A DNA stretch of 34,465 nt from Paramoeba atlantica (lineage: Eukaryota; Protista; Discosea): positions 1 through 34,465 of the forward strand of contig CDRNVI010000131.1 in the NCBI GenBank assembly GCA_977017575.1, in the 5' to 3' direction. Positions 24,683 through 33,912 of this stretch are shown piece by piece. The translations under genes were made by a program, and so were the position numbers. Below the pieces are notes generated by a model. It did not search any database and was not told the DNA's origin. It worked only from the letters and a program-made list of their open reading frames with translations. Position 1 is the stretch's first letter; each line of letters starts with the position of its first letter.

Positions 24683-24982
24683 CTATTGCTTATTGATATG
24701 AAAAAGCGAGTCCAATTTCCCTGAAATCCCTGCGAAGAAGAGCACCAACATCCCAATTGTTAACCAGCGCACCATCGTTTGCACAAAGGTGTGCTGCATC
24801 GTCTTGATGGTTTTCGCTAGCCCTCGTAATGTACGCAGGTCATTAACTGTATCATCCATCAAGCCCATTTCAATGAGTGCTTTACGTGCGCCGCGTGCTG
24901 AGGCTTTTTCGATTAATTCATCTAATTCTGCTTGAGTTAATTTGATACCTTCATCAGATGATTTAGCCTTTTTGATTTCCAT
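24683..24982 (-). CDS. DUF6127-like phage membrane protein
   Basis: ASARGARKALIEMGL...DLRTLR...QTMVRW plus a C-terminal TM helix. Confidence 0.7.
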   Translation of the reverse strand: MEIKKAKSSDEGIKLTQAELDELIEKASARGARKALIEMGLMDDTVNDLRTLRGLAKTIKTMQHTFVQTMVRWLTIGMLVLFFAGISGKLDSLFHINKQ

Positions 24983-25046
24983 AGTAGTTTCCTCTCTGTT
25001 ACAAAGTTAAATAAAATTAGATTGAAAAAAATAAATGAATTGAATG

Positions 25047-27305
25047 TTATGCGTCAGCCGTATGCACGGCTGGATGTTCTGTGACAGCGCTGATTTCAAT
25101 GACATCGCCTCTAGGACGTACAGCCGTAACGCGAGCCAATGTGCTCCATTCATTGCCAACACCAAAGGCCACATGCGTGCGCTCTTGTGATTCGCCGGTA
25201 TAAGGTTCAAAGTTAAAGTCACCTTGAATGATAACTTGATTAGCGTTGTTACCTGGCTTGACTTGATACGTACCACTGACACTGCCATCTTGGTTGCGCA
25301 GGCCAATGACGTGCTCATCTAATTTGTTTTCATCCCAGGTGAGTGGCTCCGATAAAGTTAATGTATTGCCCTCAACGCTAACGACTTCGGCTCCTTGCCC
25401 CCAAGATGGCATATCGTGCGTAATTGCAATTAAATCACCATAGGTTGGAATCAACCCCTCTAATTCTGTTTGAAATGTTACGAGTCGTCTACGATAGTGG
25501 TTAGTAGCTGCCATATACTTACCCTCACGTATCGCTTGATTCTTATCGGTGCAACCTAATAATCTCACTCTTGCGGGTTGTTCACTGGTACTGTTAGGCA
25601 AACTGACTTCCGCTTCATCGGGTCGCCAAGTTTGACTGCAGAAGTATTCAACAATGACACTGTCAGCGGTATCATCACTGGCAAGCAAGTAGTGCAGCTT
25701 TAAGCTGTGTTTAACAATATTGCGTGGTGAGAACAAGGCTACCGGAATTTCCCTTGGCTCGTCTCTAACGAATCGCACAATCCCCGTTTGCATAAAACAT
25801 ACTGCACGACCACAACGGGCAACGCGTATCATGGCCTCCCATACTGTAATCGGTTGGTCAAATACCACATCCACAAAATCATTGCGTTGTTGCCATATCG
25901 CATCTAAGTTGGCTAGCGCTTGTAAATCAATACGGCTATCAGGCAAGTTACCGCCGTATTCATTCTTAGCAATGTCAGCTAAGCTCCAAGCAATCGAGCG
26001 TGTTGCCTTGGGTGTACTCCAACCCGTTTCTCTATTCCACGTTGGTAGTTTGCGCGTAACAATGCAATTCACTAATCGCGATGCACGCTGTGATAAGTTA
26101 TCGGTGGCACGCATTTTAATCGCCAGCAATGTCACGTTACCCATATCAGCACGTTGATTAAGCGTTGCTTTCAATCCTGCCCAACGTAATTCATTGCCAC
26201 TGCGCGCGGATGGTTCTTTATTATTGGTTCTAAGCGCTCTGACTTCATAACGCCCTGGTGCGACAACGTAGTGATACGTTAACCGTTGTGGCATATTAGT
26301 CGCTGCTGTAAGCGTTTCACTGCCTAGCTGCTGCCAATCATGCAATGGATTACCCTCATCATTAATTTGTCTTGCCTCAACTATCCACGTTAGGGTGCGT
26401 GCGTCTAATCCACCACCATCATTGGCATAGTAAAGGCCGCGCGGCATGATGATATCGATACTCAATTGCGTTGCAATAGTGTCCGCCGGATTCACCACAA
26501 AACCACCAACGTAACCGCCACCATTAGCGGTGGATAACAGCTCTTGGCCTGCGATTTCCGGTGCTGTGATGACATTTGCTGAGAATAACGTCACATTGCT
26601 ACCAGGCGGCACTACTTCATAATTAATTTCCTGAAAGGAACTAATCGGTGTATCCTCAATACGAATACTTTCAATCTCATATTCGCCTTGACCAATGCAA
26701 TGTAATTGATAGAGGTATTGTTCATTATTGGCGTAATGAGAATACGGTGTGCTGGCTAAATCAGGATAGACAATGTGTCTGCCGTAAATCACGGGTATCG
26801 GTTGACTTAAGCGTGCTTGATTACCTCTGGCTTGCAATGAATACGTGGGACTCGGTGCCGGTGTATTGTCAAATCCATGGATAGAGGCCATTGGGGGCGG
26901 CACTAATACATTCACCAAGGCTGTACCGGCTAAAGCAACTCCGGCTGTCACCAACCCAACACCAATACTACTGGTAATGCCAAGTCCTGCCGCAACGGCA
27001 CCCCCAATCGCAGGAGCGGCCACCATCACTGCAATCATTAACACGGAACGCAGAATCTTACCGCCGCCCCCACCTCCTTGTGGCAGAGTGATGAATGTAA
27101 CAACATCATTGGCGTTTATAGTTGTCGTTTGCCAATCCTGACGTAACAATGGATTGCCATTGACTAAACAAATTGTTGGTAATTCAAATGTCACCGCATT
27201 GGACTGCACTAACCACGCTGCAATGGTAGTAGCATGATCAACAGTAATCAGTTCTCGCCCACGCTCACACAAAAAAGGGTTATGCAGAATAACAACGTGC
27301 GCCAT
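25047..27305 (-). CDS. Phage tail tip / host-specificity protein (TipJ-like with an N-terminal tail-assembly-I-like domain), 752 aa
   Basis: PQGGGGG linker then an Ala/Gly-rich hydrophobic stretch, IPVIYGRH, QYLYQL, RSIAW, FQTELEG; start overlaps the NlpC/P60 stop. Confidence 0.88.
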   Translation of the reverse strand: MAHVVILHNPFLCERGRELITVDHATTIAAWLVQSNAVTFELPTICLVNGNPLLRQDWQTTTINANDVVTFITLPQGGGGGGKILRSVLMIAVMVAAPAIGGAVAAGLGITSSIGVGLVTAGVALAGTALVNVLVPPPMASIHGFDNTPAPSPTYSLQARGNQARLSQPIPVIYGRHIVYPDLASTPYSHYANNEQYLYQLHCIGQGEYEIESIRIEDTPISSFQEINYEVVPPGSNVTLFSANVITAPEIAGQELLSTANGGGYVGGFVVNPADTIATQLSIDIIMPRGLYYANDGGGLDARTLTWIVEARQINDEGNPLHDWQQLGSETLTAATNMPQRLTYHYVVAPGRYEVRALRTNNKEPSARSGNELRWAGLKATLNQRADMGNVTLLAIKMRATDNLSQRASRLVNCIVTRKLPTWNRETGWSTPKATRSIAWSLADIAKNEYGGNLPDSRIDLQALANLDAIWQQRNDFVDVVFDQPITVWEAMIRVARCGRAVCFMQTGIVRFVRDEPREIPVALFSPRNIVKHSLKLHYLLASDDTADSVIVEYFCSQTWRPDEAEVSLPNSTSEQPARVRLLGCTDKNQAIREGKYMAATNHYRRRLVTFQTELEGLIPTYGDLIAITHDMPSWGQGAEVVSVEGNTLTLSEPLTWDENKLDEHVIGLRNQDGSVSGTYQVKPGNNANQVIIQGDFNFEPYTGESQERTHVAFGVGNEWSTLARVTAVRPRGDVIEISAVTEHPAVHTADA

Positions 27306-27721
27306 TACAGTAAATCACCTTGAAATTGATAACAGCCCTCAATCTGCCAACTCGATACGCGCAAGCTGTTAATGGTTTGAAACACCACACCACTCTTTTG
27401 CACACAATGCAGCACGCCTTGTTCAGTTGGATTAATGGCAATCCATATCCCAACGTGAATCGGGTAACGTGATTGACGCAATAATACGGCATCGCCTTCA
27501 GTGGGATTGTCAGTTAATTGCCAGCGTTGCTTCTCGGGGTGTTGTTTAAACGCTTTAGCTACTTCTGTTAAGTTGATAGCATCCACCGGAATATCAGGTA
27601 ATGTGCGATTGAAATGTGTTTGCTGTATGTATTTCACCAAGCCCCAACAGTCAAAACCATTTTTATCTCTACCACCTGATTGCCATAGTAAGCCAATGTA
27701 ATCACATGCCCAATGAGTCAT
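27305..27721 (-). CDS. NlpC/P60 (C40) tail assembly protein, gpK-like
   Basis: FDCWGLV catalytic Cys, HVGI and VLH His motifs. Confidence 0.9.
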   Translation of the reverse strand: MTHWACDYIGLLWQSGGRDKNGFDCWGLVKYIQQTHFNRTLPDIPVDAINLTEVAKAFKQHPEKQRWQLTDNPTEGDAVLLRQSRYPIHVGIWIAINPTEQGVLHCVQKSGVVFQTINSLRVSSWQIEGCYQFQGDLL

Positions 27722-27770
27722 AGAAAAAATCTCTTATTCCGGATAAAAAAAGAAAGTGTTAGTTGATGCG

Positions 27771-28313
27771 CTATCGTGCCAGGCCAGGAAACTGCCTTAA
27801 CGTATAGCACTGAGCTGGAAAACGTTTATTACCAATATCCAGCATTCTGGCACGCCCTACGATACGCATGACATCGGCTTCAACATCGCTTAGTACCAGT
27901 GTTATCGGTGGCACCATGTGTGGAGTCGAGGTATCGTTGCTTAAATACGGGCGATACGTCACTTCAATTTTATCGCCACTATCAACAGCCGCATCCAAGT
28001 GCTTCATTAGCTCACCACTCACGTTGTCAATCGTTACGGTAATTTCTGGTACCGGCGCTGTATCTACCGTCGGCAAACTCAAATCAAAACTCATCGCAAT
28101 GAATGTAACAACTTCACTGGCATTGAGTGGCGCAGTCTCTTCAAGCGTTGCTTGTAAGTTCTGATAATCTCTTACCAACCTCACTGCCATGACATTACCT
28201 TCATCATCCACAAATTTGGGATGGCGTAGCTCTAATGTGTGGAGTATCACTACATCACTCGGTGATGAGGCATACGCTTCTTGGATAGCCTGGCTTAATG
28301 TTGGGTCTGGCAT
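27771..28313 (-). CDS. DUF1833-family phage tail protein
   Basis: AIQEAYAS...HTLELRHP, F-x-LP, IDNV, VTYRPYLS, FP-x-x-x-YT...FPGL pattern; position before NlpC/P60. Confidence 0.85.
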   Translation of the reverse strand: MPDPTLSQAIQEAYASSPSDVVILHTLELRHPKFVDDEGNVMAVRLVRDYQNLQATLEETAPLNASEVVTFIAMSFDLSLPTVDTAPVPEITVTIDNVSGELMKHLDAAVDSGDKIEVTYRPYLSNDTSTPHMVPPITLVLSDVEADVMRIVGRARMLDIGNKRFPAQCYTLRQFPGLAR

Positions 28314-28320
28314 TTAATCA

Positions 28321-28863
28321 TCACTCTGCTTCAGTTTCTTTTATGGTTTGTCCTGCTGCTGTTGTCTCTTTCATTTGCGCTTCTTCATCGGCTTCTGCAA
28401 TGGTTTCTTCATCTGCATCAACTCCCCACACCTCATCGGTTAGGTAATTAACGTTAACCCCATGTAAGAGCAAAACTTCAATATCATTAGAAATATCTCG
28501 CAACCGTTGAATCTGCCCAAATAATTCCGCCGCTTTATTAAGCGCGGCTTCCTCTGCATCCGTTAATTCTTTTTTGTCTATCAATAACACCCAATCCATT
28601 AACGCATTTTGCTGCCTCCACGGCGGCGCAATGGCTTCAATACGACGCCTGGCTTCCTCCTTAACTTGCCGGAACAACAGGCTATTTGCAATCACTTGCT
28701 GTTGCTCTTCATCACTTACCGCTTTGCCACCACGCGGTGGTTTCACATCATCAAAAAACGCATAGTAATGGTTGCCATTGTACTCAGCTAAATGAATCGG
28801 TACTCTGCTGCTTTCTTTGAAAAGGGGTGGGTGTCTCGTTGGGTAGGACTTTAATTTCATCAT
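28321..28863 (-). CDS. Phage hypothetical protein (tail-fibre-associated), acidic C-terminus
   Basis: 180-aa ORF in the operon; EARRRIEAIAPPWRQQN resembles phage tail accessory proteins. Confidence 0.6.
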   Translation of the reverse strand: MMKLKSYPTRHPPLFKESSRVPIHLAEYNGNHYYAFFDDVKPPRGGKAVSDEEQQQVIANSLLFRQVKEEARRRIEAIAPPWRQQNALMDWVLLIDKKELTDAEEAALNKAAELFGQIQRLRDISNDIEVLLLHGVNVNYLTDEVWGVDADEETIAEADEEAQMKETTAAGQTIKETEAE

Positions 28864-28872
28864 TCATTACCT

Positions 28873-30540
28873 CTAAAAAATAACGTTCTTGAGGACAATT
28901 ACATTGTGCAAGTTGCCACTTTGAGTGCCGGTTTCACCGTAATCTACATTGTGACCACACGCATCGACTCGCCCATCAGTGTAGAGTACACTTAGGCCCC
29001 AATCACTTTGACCTTGTCCAAAGCATCCCCAGTCTTCAATCTCACCGGATAGCCCCAACACCTGAGCAAATTGATTGTTGACATTGGATACGGAACTAAC
29101 GCCTAAGTTGCCACGATTACTGTAGCCTGCGGCCCATAACGCATTCCCCGCTTGGACAATACACCCCTCATAGCTGGTACCACCCCCAAAGCACACTTGG
29201 CTGACATTGCCTTGGAATGCACCACTGGGCTTGATAGGAGATAATTGATGCGTCGTATTGCCGGTGCCTAATTGCCCGTAATTGTTATATCCCCAACTAT
29301 ACAGCTCATGTGTATCGGTGAGACCGGCGACACTGAGATAACGCCCATCTCCAGTGACCACATCCACGAATGTCGCGGCGTGTTGGATTTGAGAGAAACT
29401 GTTGCGCGTTGTGGTATCGCCTAACCCCAATTGCCCATCGCTGTTGTAACCGGTTGACCACAGCGTGCCATCGGCTAACAACACAAACCCACTCCCAGCT
29501 GGGCCTTGTCCATCTGCTCTATAACCACAGGTAACGACAGCTTTCTTCACATCGCGCATTGTCGGATGTAGCATCGGACTATTGCGCTGTGTGGCATCGC
29601 TTAAGCCCAGTTGGCCATTGGCATTCCATCCCCACACCCACAGTTGTTTCTCTTCATCAACGGCATAGATACTGTAGGGGTTGCCCGATACCGCCAGGTG
29701 GGTAATGTGAGTCAATGCCCCGCAGCGTACCGGCGTGTATTGATGCGCCGTGGTGCCATTGCCTAAACTGCCATTGCTATTATACCCACAGGCATAGACT
29801 TCACCCTCGGTGGTTAAGAAGAAGGCGCACCCAAAATCAAAGTGATTAGGCCGACCGGTGACAATGTGTTTAATTTGGATATTGTGTTGAGCGAAAAAAT
29901 CAATGCGCTGTGCAATCGCGCGACTGGCCGTATCCCCATGCCCTAACTGGCCGTAGTTGTTGTAGCCCCATGACCACACATCTCCTTCAGCCGTGAGGGC
30001 ATAGTGTTGCTGACCGCCCGAATACACCGCGACAAAGCGTACATCATTATTTAAGGTGGTGACTCGATTGGGTAAGTAAGTGTTTTTTGCAACAGGGTCG
30101 CCATTGGCATGATTGCCACCATAGCCACAGGCTTTGAGGGTGCCATCACGCATCAGATAGACACGCGTATACCAGCCGCCTAAGCCATTAACCTGGGATA
30201 ATTTCCACACCGCTTGTGAAGGAGGCAGCCCGACATCACGCCATTGCGGTTGCTGGTTATCACCCGCTTGTAATACTTGGCCTAGATTGCCACAGGGTAA
30301 GCGTATCGTGGCATTACCATCATGCGTTAACAAATCCCCTTGTTCAATGAGTTGATGCGTACCTGCGGCTAACATATCCCAGTCATTGCCTACAACTGGC
30401 GCAATACCAGCAGCCACATCACGTTTGGCAATGAAGCTGGAACCGTGGTAAGACACCACATCATCACGCACGTAAGTAACGTCACTGTCATACGCGCCGC
30501 ACCAATTCATGCGGATATTCCCTAAATCTAAAATTGTCAT
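28873..30540 (-). CDS. RCC1/BLIP-II repeat beta-propeller protein with a phage-tail-type N-terminal carbohydrate-binding-like module (555 aa)
   Basis: N-terminal WCGAYD...YVRDDVVSYHGSSF; repeated (W/Y)xWGYNxxGQLGxG units; AGGA Shine-Dalgarno. Confidence 0.88.
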   Translation of the reverse strand: MTILDLGNIRMNWCGAYDSDVTYVRDDVVSYHGSSFIAKRDVAAGIAPVVGNDWDMLAAGTHQLIEQGDLLTHDGNATIRLPCGNLGQVLQAGDNQQPQWRDVGLPPSQAVWKLSQVNGLGGWYTRVYLMRDGTLKACGYGGNHANGDPVAKNTYLPNRVTTLNNDVRFVAVYSGGQQHYALTAEGDVWSWGYNNYGQLGHGDTASRAIAQRIDFFAQHNIQIKHIVTGRPNHFDFGCAFFLTTEGEVYACGYNSNGSLGNGTTAHQYTPVRCGALTHITHLAVSGNPYSIYAVDEEKQLWVWGWNANGQLGLSDATQRNSPMLHPTMRDVKKAVVTCGYRADGQGPAGSGFVLLADGTLWSTGYNSDGQLGLGDTTTRNSFSQIQHAATFVDVVTGDGRYLSVAGLTDTHELYSWGYNNYGQLGTGNTTHQLSPIKPSGAFQGNVSQVCFGGGTSYEGCIVQAGNALWAAGYSNRGNLGVSSVSNVNNQFAQVLGLSGEIEDWGCFGQGQSDWGLSVLYTDGRVDACGHNVDYGETGTQSGNLHNVIVLKNVIF

Positions 30541-30556
30541 ACTGATTCCTATGTCA

Positions 30557-30700
30557 TTAGACAGTTACTAATAAGTGTCCACGAGTATCGATTTCAATGG
30601 CAATACCGACCGGCGCAATGAAGTAAGACAAAAATGTATTGGCATTACAGCGGTCTTCATTAATATGTAGTTTGAGTTTGGCACCGGCTTTAGATAAACC
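30557..30700 (-). pseudogene. 3' remnant (47 codons) of a tail gene truncated by the IS66 element
   Basis: The frame starting at the IS end reads GLSKAGAKLKLHINE...GIAIEIDTRGHLLVTV-stop, ending 16 nt before the RCC1 gene start; its 5' part is absent. Confidence 0.6.
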
Positions 30701-30724
30701 GTATGCTTCCAGTACCGTTGCGTG
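30701..30724 (+). repeat. IS66 terminal inverted repeat (left)
   Basis: GTATGCTTCCAGTACCGTTGCGTG. Confidence 0.9.
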
Positions 30725-30884
30725 ACAGCCATCAATCTGTCAATTATTCTGTGTAGGGGCAATTTATTTTTTTGATTTTGCCATTGTGCTTTTTTCCGAC
30801 TTGCAATTTGAAAATAATGGGATCAGACTTGTTTCCAGGTCAGGTTATTTCTGACTGACCAATGGATGAAACAAGGATTATGTT

Positions 30885-32518
30885 GTGAAGAAACCGGAAA
30901 CGATTGATTTAAGCCATGCAGAAGCAGAGTCATTACTGTCACGACTTGAAACAGGTAATCTATCAGACACCGATCGCAAGCTATGCAGCAGTGCACTACG
31001 CATGGTATTTTGGTTGCAAGGTCAATTAACCGAAGCCAAACTCAGTATCCGTCGATTGAAGAGAATATTTGGGATCTGCAGCGAAAAACAGGGGTAAAAG
31101 GTACATCAACGTCGGCAAGTTCTTCTGACAAAGTGCCAAAAGACACTGACAACGTTAAGGAAGATGATGTATCTGAGCAATCAAACAAAGGGCATGGACG
31201 CTATAGCGCAGATGATTATGTTGCAGCAGAAGTTCACAAAGTGAGTGATGAACGTTACTACCCAGGTGCACATTGCTTACATGTTGATTGTAAAGGCCGT
31301 TTATATTTATGGAATAAACCATCAAAAGTGATCCGTTTGTTAGGCCAACCAATGGCGCGGGTTGTACGTTATGACAGAGAGGTCTATCGTTGCGGATTGT
31401 GTTTAACGTTATTTACAGTGCCGTTACCAAAAGAAAGCGGCAAAGATGTCTATAGCGATAGTTTCAAAGCGGTATTGGCGGTGAATCACTATGTATTTGG
31501 TTTGCCATTTTATCGGATAGCGAAGTATCACGAAGCGCAAGGCATTCCATTACCGACATCGAATCAATTTGCGTGCATGGAGACGGTGTTTAATCACGTA
31601 CTTCCTGTTTATCAAGCATTGCAACGTACTGCGGCCAACGGCGAGTTGGTCCAATACGATGACACCACAGCGAAGGTCCAAAGCCTCGTGTTAGAAAACC
31701 AGGCGCTAGAAGAAAAAGCACGTCGTGGCATATTTACAACAGCGGCACTATCAAAAGTAGGTGATAACGAAGTGGTATTAGTCTTTACAGGTCGCTCACA
31801 TGGTGGTGAGAATATCACAGCGTTATTGCGCAAACGTGATACTGAGTTAGGGTCTGTTATTTTAATGTCAGATGCGCTGAGTCGAAACCGCATCAAAGAC
31901 GAGTCGATTGCCGAACAGACGCAAGTTAGCTATTGTTTAACCCATGCCAGACGCTATTTTTTCGAGTGCAAAGACGTTTATCCGAAGGTATGTCAGCCAG
32001 TACTAAACTGGATTGGGCAAGTGTATCGACACGAGCGTCATTGTAAAACATACGGCTATACACCAGAGCAACGCCTGCATTATCATCGTCGTCATTCGAA
32101 ACCGATAATGAAACAGCTACGGCGATTTTTAGAACAATGTGTTCGAAAACGCTGGGCGGAGCCTAACAGTAGTGCTGGCAAAGCTATCAATTATATGCGC
32201 AACCATTTTCGAGAGTTAACGTTATTTTTATCTGTTCTTGGTGCAGTGCTAGATAACAATGATTCTGAGCGTTTAATTAAGATTGCACCCGTGATGTATC
32301 GTAAGAATTCACAACAATATCGTACCACTTATGGTGCTATGGTTGGCGACGTGTTGATGAGTGTATTATTCACGGCGCAATATGCTGGTGTTGACCCAGT
32401 GGATTATTTACAAAGTTTATTGTTGCATAAAGATGAGTTACAACAGCGTGCTAACGATTGGTTACCTTGGCATTATAAGGACACACTCAACACCAAGGCA
32501 TTAGCCAAAGCGGCCTAA
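30885..32518 (+). CDS. tnpC: IS66 DDE transposase, split by a -1 frameshift at about 31084-31094
   Basis: Leucine-zipper N-terminus ending LKRIFGICSEK (30885 frame), then the -1 frame with Cys pairs, YDDT, MSDA, CLTHARR, LDNNDSER. Confidence 0.9.
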
Positions 32519-32529
32519 GCCGCTTTGGC
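32504..32529. terminator. Perfect 11-bp GC-rich hairpin whose 4-nt loop holds both convergent stop codons; possible bidirectional terminator or pause site
   Basis: GCCAAAGCGGC-CTAA-GCCGCTTTGGC; no U-tract on either side, so intrinsic termination is uncertain. Confidence 0.45.
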
Positions 32530-32877
32530 AGGTAGAGACTTCCAGTTTTGTTGACAATTAGCGGTAATGGGATTGCCGTTATACAGTAAGATATTCAGTG
32601 TGCTGGCAGTTAATTCAATCGTCGTGCAATTATCTTGTGGCCACCACTGAAGTCGTCCTCTGGACAGTCGTTTATGACATAGCCAGAAACCTTGGCCATC
32701 GTAGGTCAGCAGTTTGATGGCGTTACGACGACGATTGGTAAAGACAAATACCGTGCCATTAAAGGGGTCATTGTACATGTTAGCTTGGCAGACTCGACAC
32801 AAACCTTCGATACCGGCTCTGAAGTCCACCGGTTCTTTGGCTAATAAAATGCGGTGTTGAGGCGTTATTTGCAACAT
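32515..32877 (-). CDS. tnpB: IS66 accessory protein TnpB
   Basis: PVDFRAGIEGL, FVFTNRRRNAIKLL, DGQGFWLCHKRL. Confidence 0.95.
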   Translation of the reverse strand: MLQITPQHRILLAKEPVDFRAGIEGLCRVCQANMYNDPFNGTVFVFTNRRRNAIKLLTYDGQGFWLCHKRLSRGRLQWWPQDNCTTIELTASTLNILLYNGNPITANCQQNWKSLPAKAA

Positions 32878-32887
32878 CCGTTTATCC

Positions 32888-33325
32888 TCAGCACAGTGTT
32901 TTCAATAGTTGGGCTGTTGATGTGACATCCGCTAGACGAATAGCCACATGCAGACCATGTGGGTAATGGATAGTCAACTCACACGCGGCCGTTTGTATTG
33001 CGATGTTGGTTTGAGGTGCTTTGTTCTTAATTGGTTTGACGGTGACAAAGTGTGGTGTTGTTTTACTTGATACGGCTTTTTGCTCACGCCAGCGTTTTAG
33101 TTGAGAATGATTTATTCTTAATGACTTCAGTTTTGAGAATGGTATGCCGTTATTAAAGGCGCGAACAGTTGCTTGGCGTAACGCTAGTGGCACAGGCGCA
33201 TTGCTAGATTTGTTAGCCCGCCATTGTTCAAACTGTTGTTGCAATTGATCGAATGATGACGAATTTGCAATCTGTTTTTTACTACGTAAAGTTGTGCTGT
33301 GCGTTTTTGATTTCCTTGTTCCCAT
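32888..33325 (-). CDS. tnpA: IS66 accessory protein TnpA (HTH-like)
   Basis: GAGG Shine-Dalgarno, directly upstream of tnpB, C-terminal ELTIHYPHGLHVAI typical of IS66 TnpA. Confidence 0.8.
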   Translation of the reverse strand: MGTRKSKTHSTTLRSKKQIANSSSFDQLQQQFEQWRANKSSNAPVPLALRQATVRAFNNGIPFSKLKSLRINHSQLKRWREQKAVSSKTTPHFVTVKPIKNKAPQTNIAIQTAACELTIHYPHGLHVAIRLADVTSTAQLLKTLC

Positions 33326-33383
33326 TAAAATGTCCTCTTGATACTGTTAGCAACTTCAGGCTAAACCATCAAAAAACACTATG

Positions 33384-33407
33384 CACGCACTTTTGCGGGA
33401 AGCATAC
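33384..33407 (-). repeat. IS66 terminal inverted repeat (right)
   Basis: Reverse complement reads GTATGCTTCCCGCAAAAGTGCGTG. Confidence 0.9.
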
Positions 33408-33573
33408 TGATGAGCGCAAACTGGTATGGCGTCGTGCTGAACGTGTCTGTTGGAAAAAAATCATGCGTGAACTGGGATACAGTAATCGCATGACTGGTTT
33501 GCGTAAGTGGCAGTGGGCGTTGCGCAAGATTGCGGCACGATTGAATATACAAGCAACATCAAAGCTGCACTAA
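33408..33573 (+). pseudogene. 3' remnant of a DUF6362-like prophage gene truncated by the IS66 element
   Basis: DERKLVWRRAERVCWKKI...WQWALRKIAARLN starts immediately at the IS end; the upstream part of the track ORF (33253-33407) is IS sequence. Confidence 0.65.
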
Positions 33574-33912
33574 TCATTTTAAATTAGCTTAGCATTTCAT
33601 CTAATTACATATTAGAGTTAAATACAAATTAACATAAACAACATCGAAGAAAATATAAATACTAATTTGTTCACATAAAGTAGACAAATTGAAAAACCTA
33701 CTTCAGAAAATAACTCGTATTTTGAAGGCTTGCTATGCATAAAAATAGAGTATAAGATGATTAGCCATGTTACGGTAATTTCGAAAATACAGGAAGTATA
33801 TAAAGGCAATTTATTAAAACTATTGCAATTTGTCTTCTTTATCTTCCCTTGTGCTTTAACCATGTACCAGTTTGACAGTTCTTGATTTGGCTTATTTAAG
33901 GGAGATAATATT

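Larger units (their letters stand above)
23944..30700 (-). mobile_element. Prophage (or GTA-like) tail and lysis module remnant
   Basis: Co-oriented, tightly packed RCC1 tail protein, DUF1833, NlpC/P60, TipJ-like, DUF6127-like and holin genes; no head, terminase or integrase genes in the window. Confidence 0.85.
30701..33407. mobile_element. IS66-family insertion sequence, 2707 bp, convergent tnpC and tnpA-tnpB
   Basis: 24-bp imperfect terminal inverted repeats (18/24) starting GTATGC; tnpA, tnpB and DDE tnpC homologues inside; no 8-bp target duplication. Confidence 0.92.

Noticed and set aside
25007-28791. ORFs 25007-25318, 25720-26157, 26648-26884, 26845-27141, 27280-27492, 27501-27701, 27868-28164, 28574-28765 and 28609-28791
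   Set aside because: They overlap well-supported tail genes in other frames or strands and have no motifs.
30568-30762. 64-aa minus-strand ORF
   Set aside because: It straddles the IS end at 30701; a different frame gives the plausible truncated tail-gene C-terminus.
31155-31896. Minus-strand ORFs 31155-31352 and 31612-31896
   Set aside because: Antisense shadows of tnpC.
33253-33573. 106-aa ORF as an intact gene
   Set aside because: The first half is IS66 sequence (antisense tnpA and the inverted repeat); only 33408-33573 is a gene remnant.
33872-33900. TTGACA as a sigma70 -35 box for the U-box gene
   Set aside because: No good -10 at 16-18 nt spacing, and it would fall on the ribosome-binding site.
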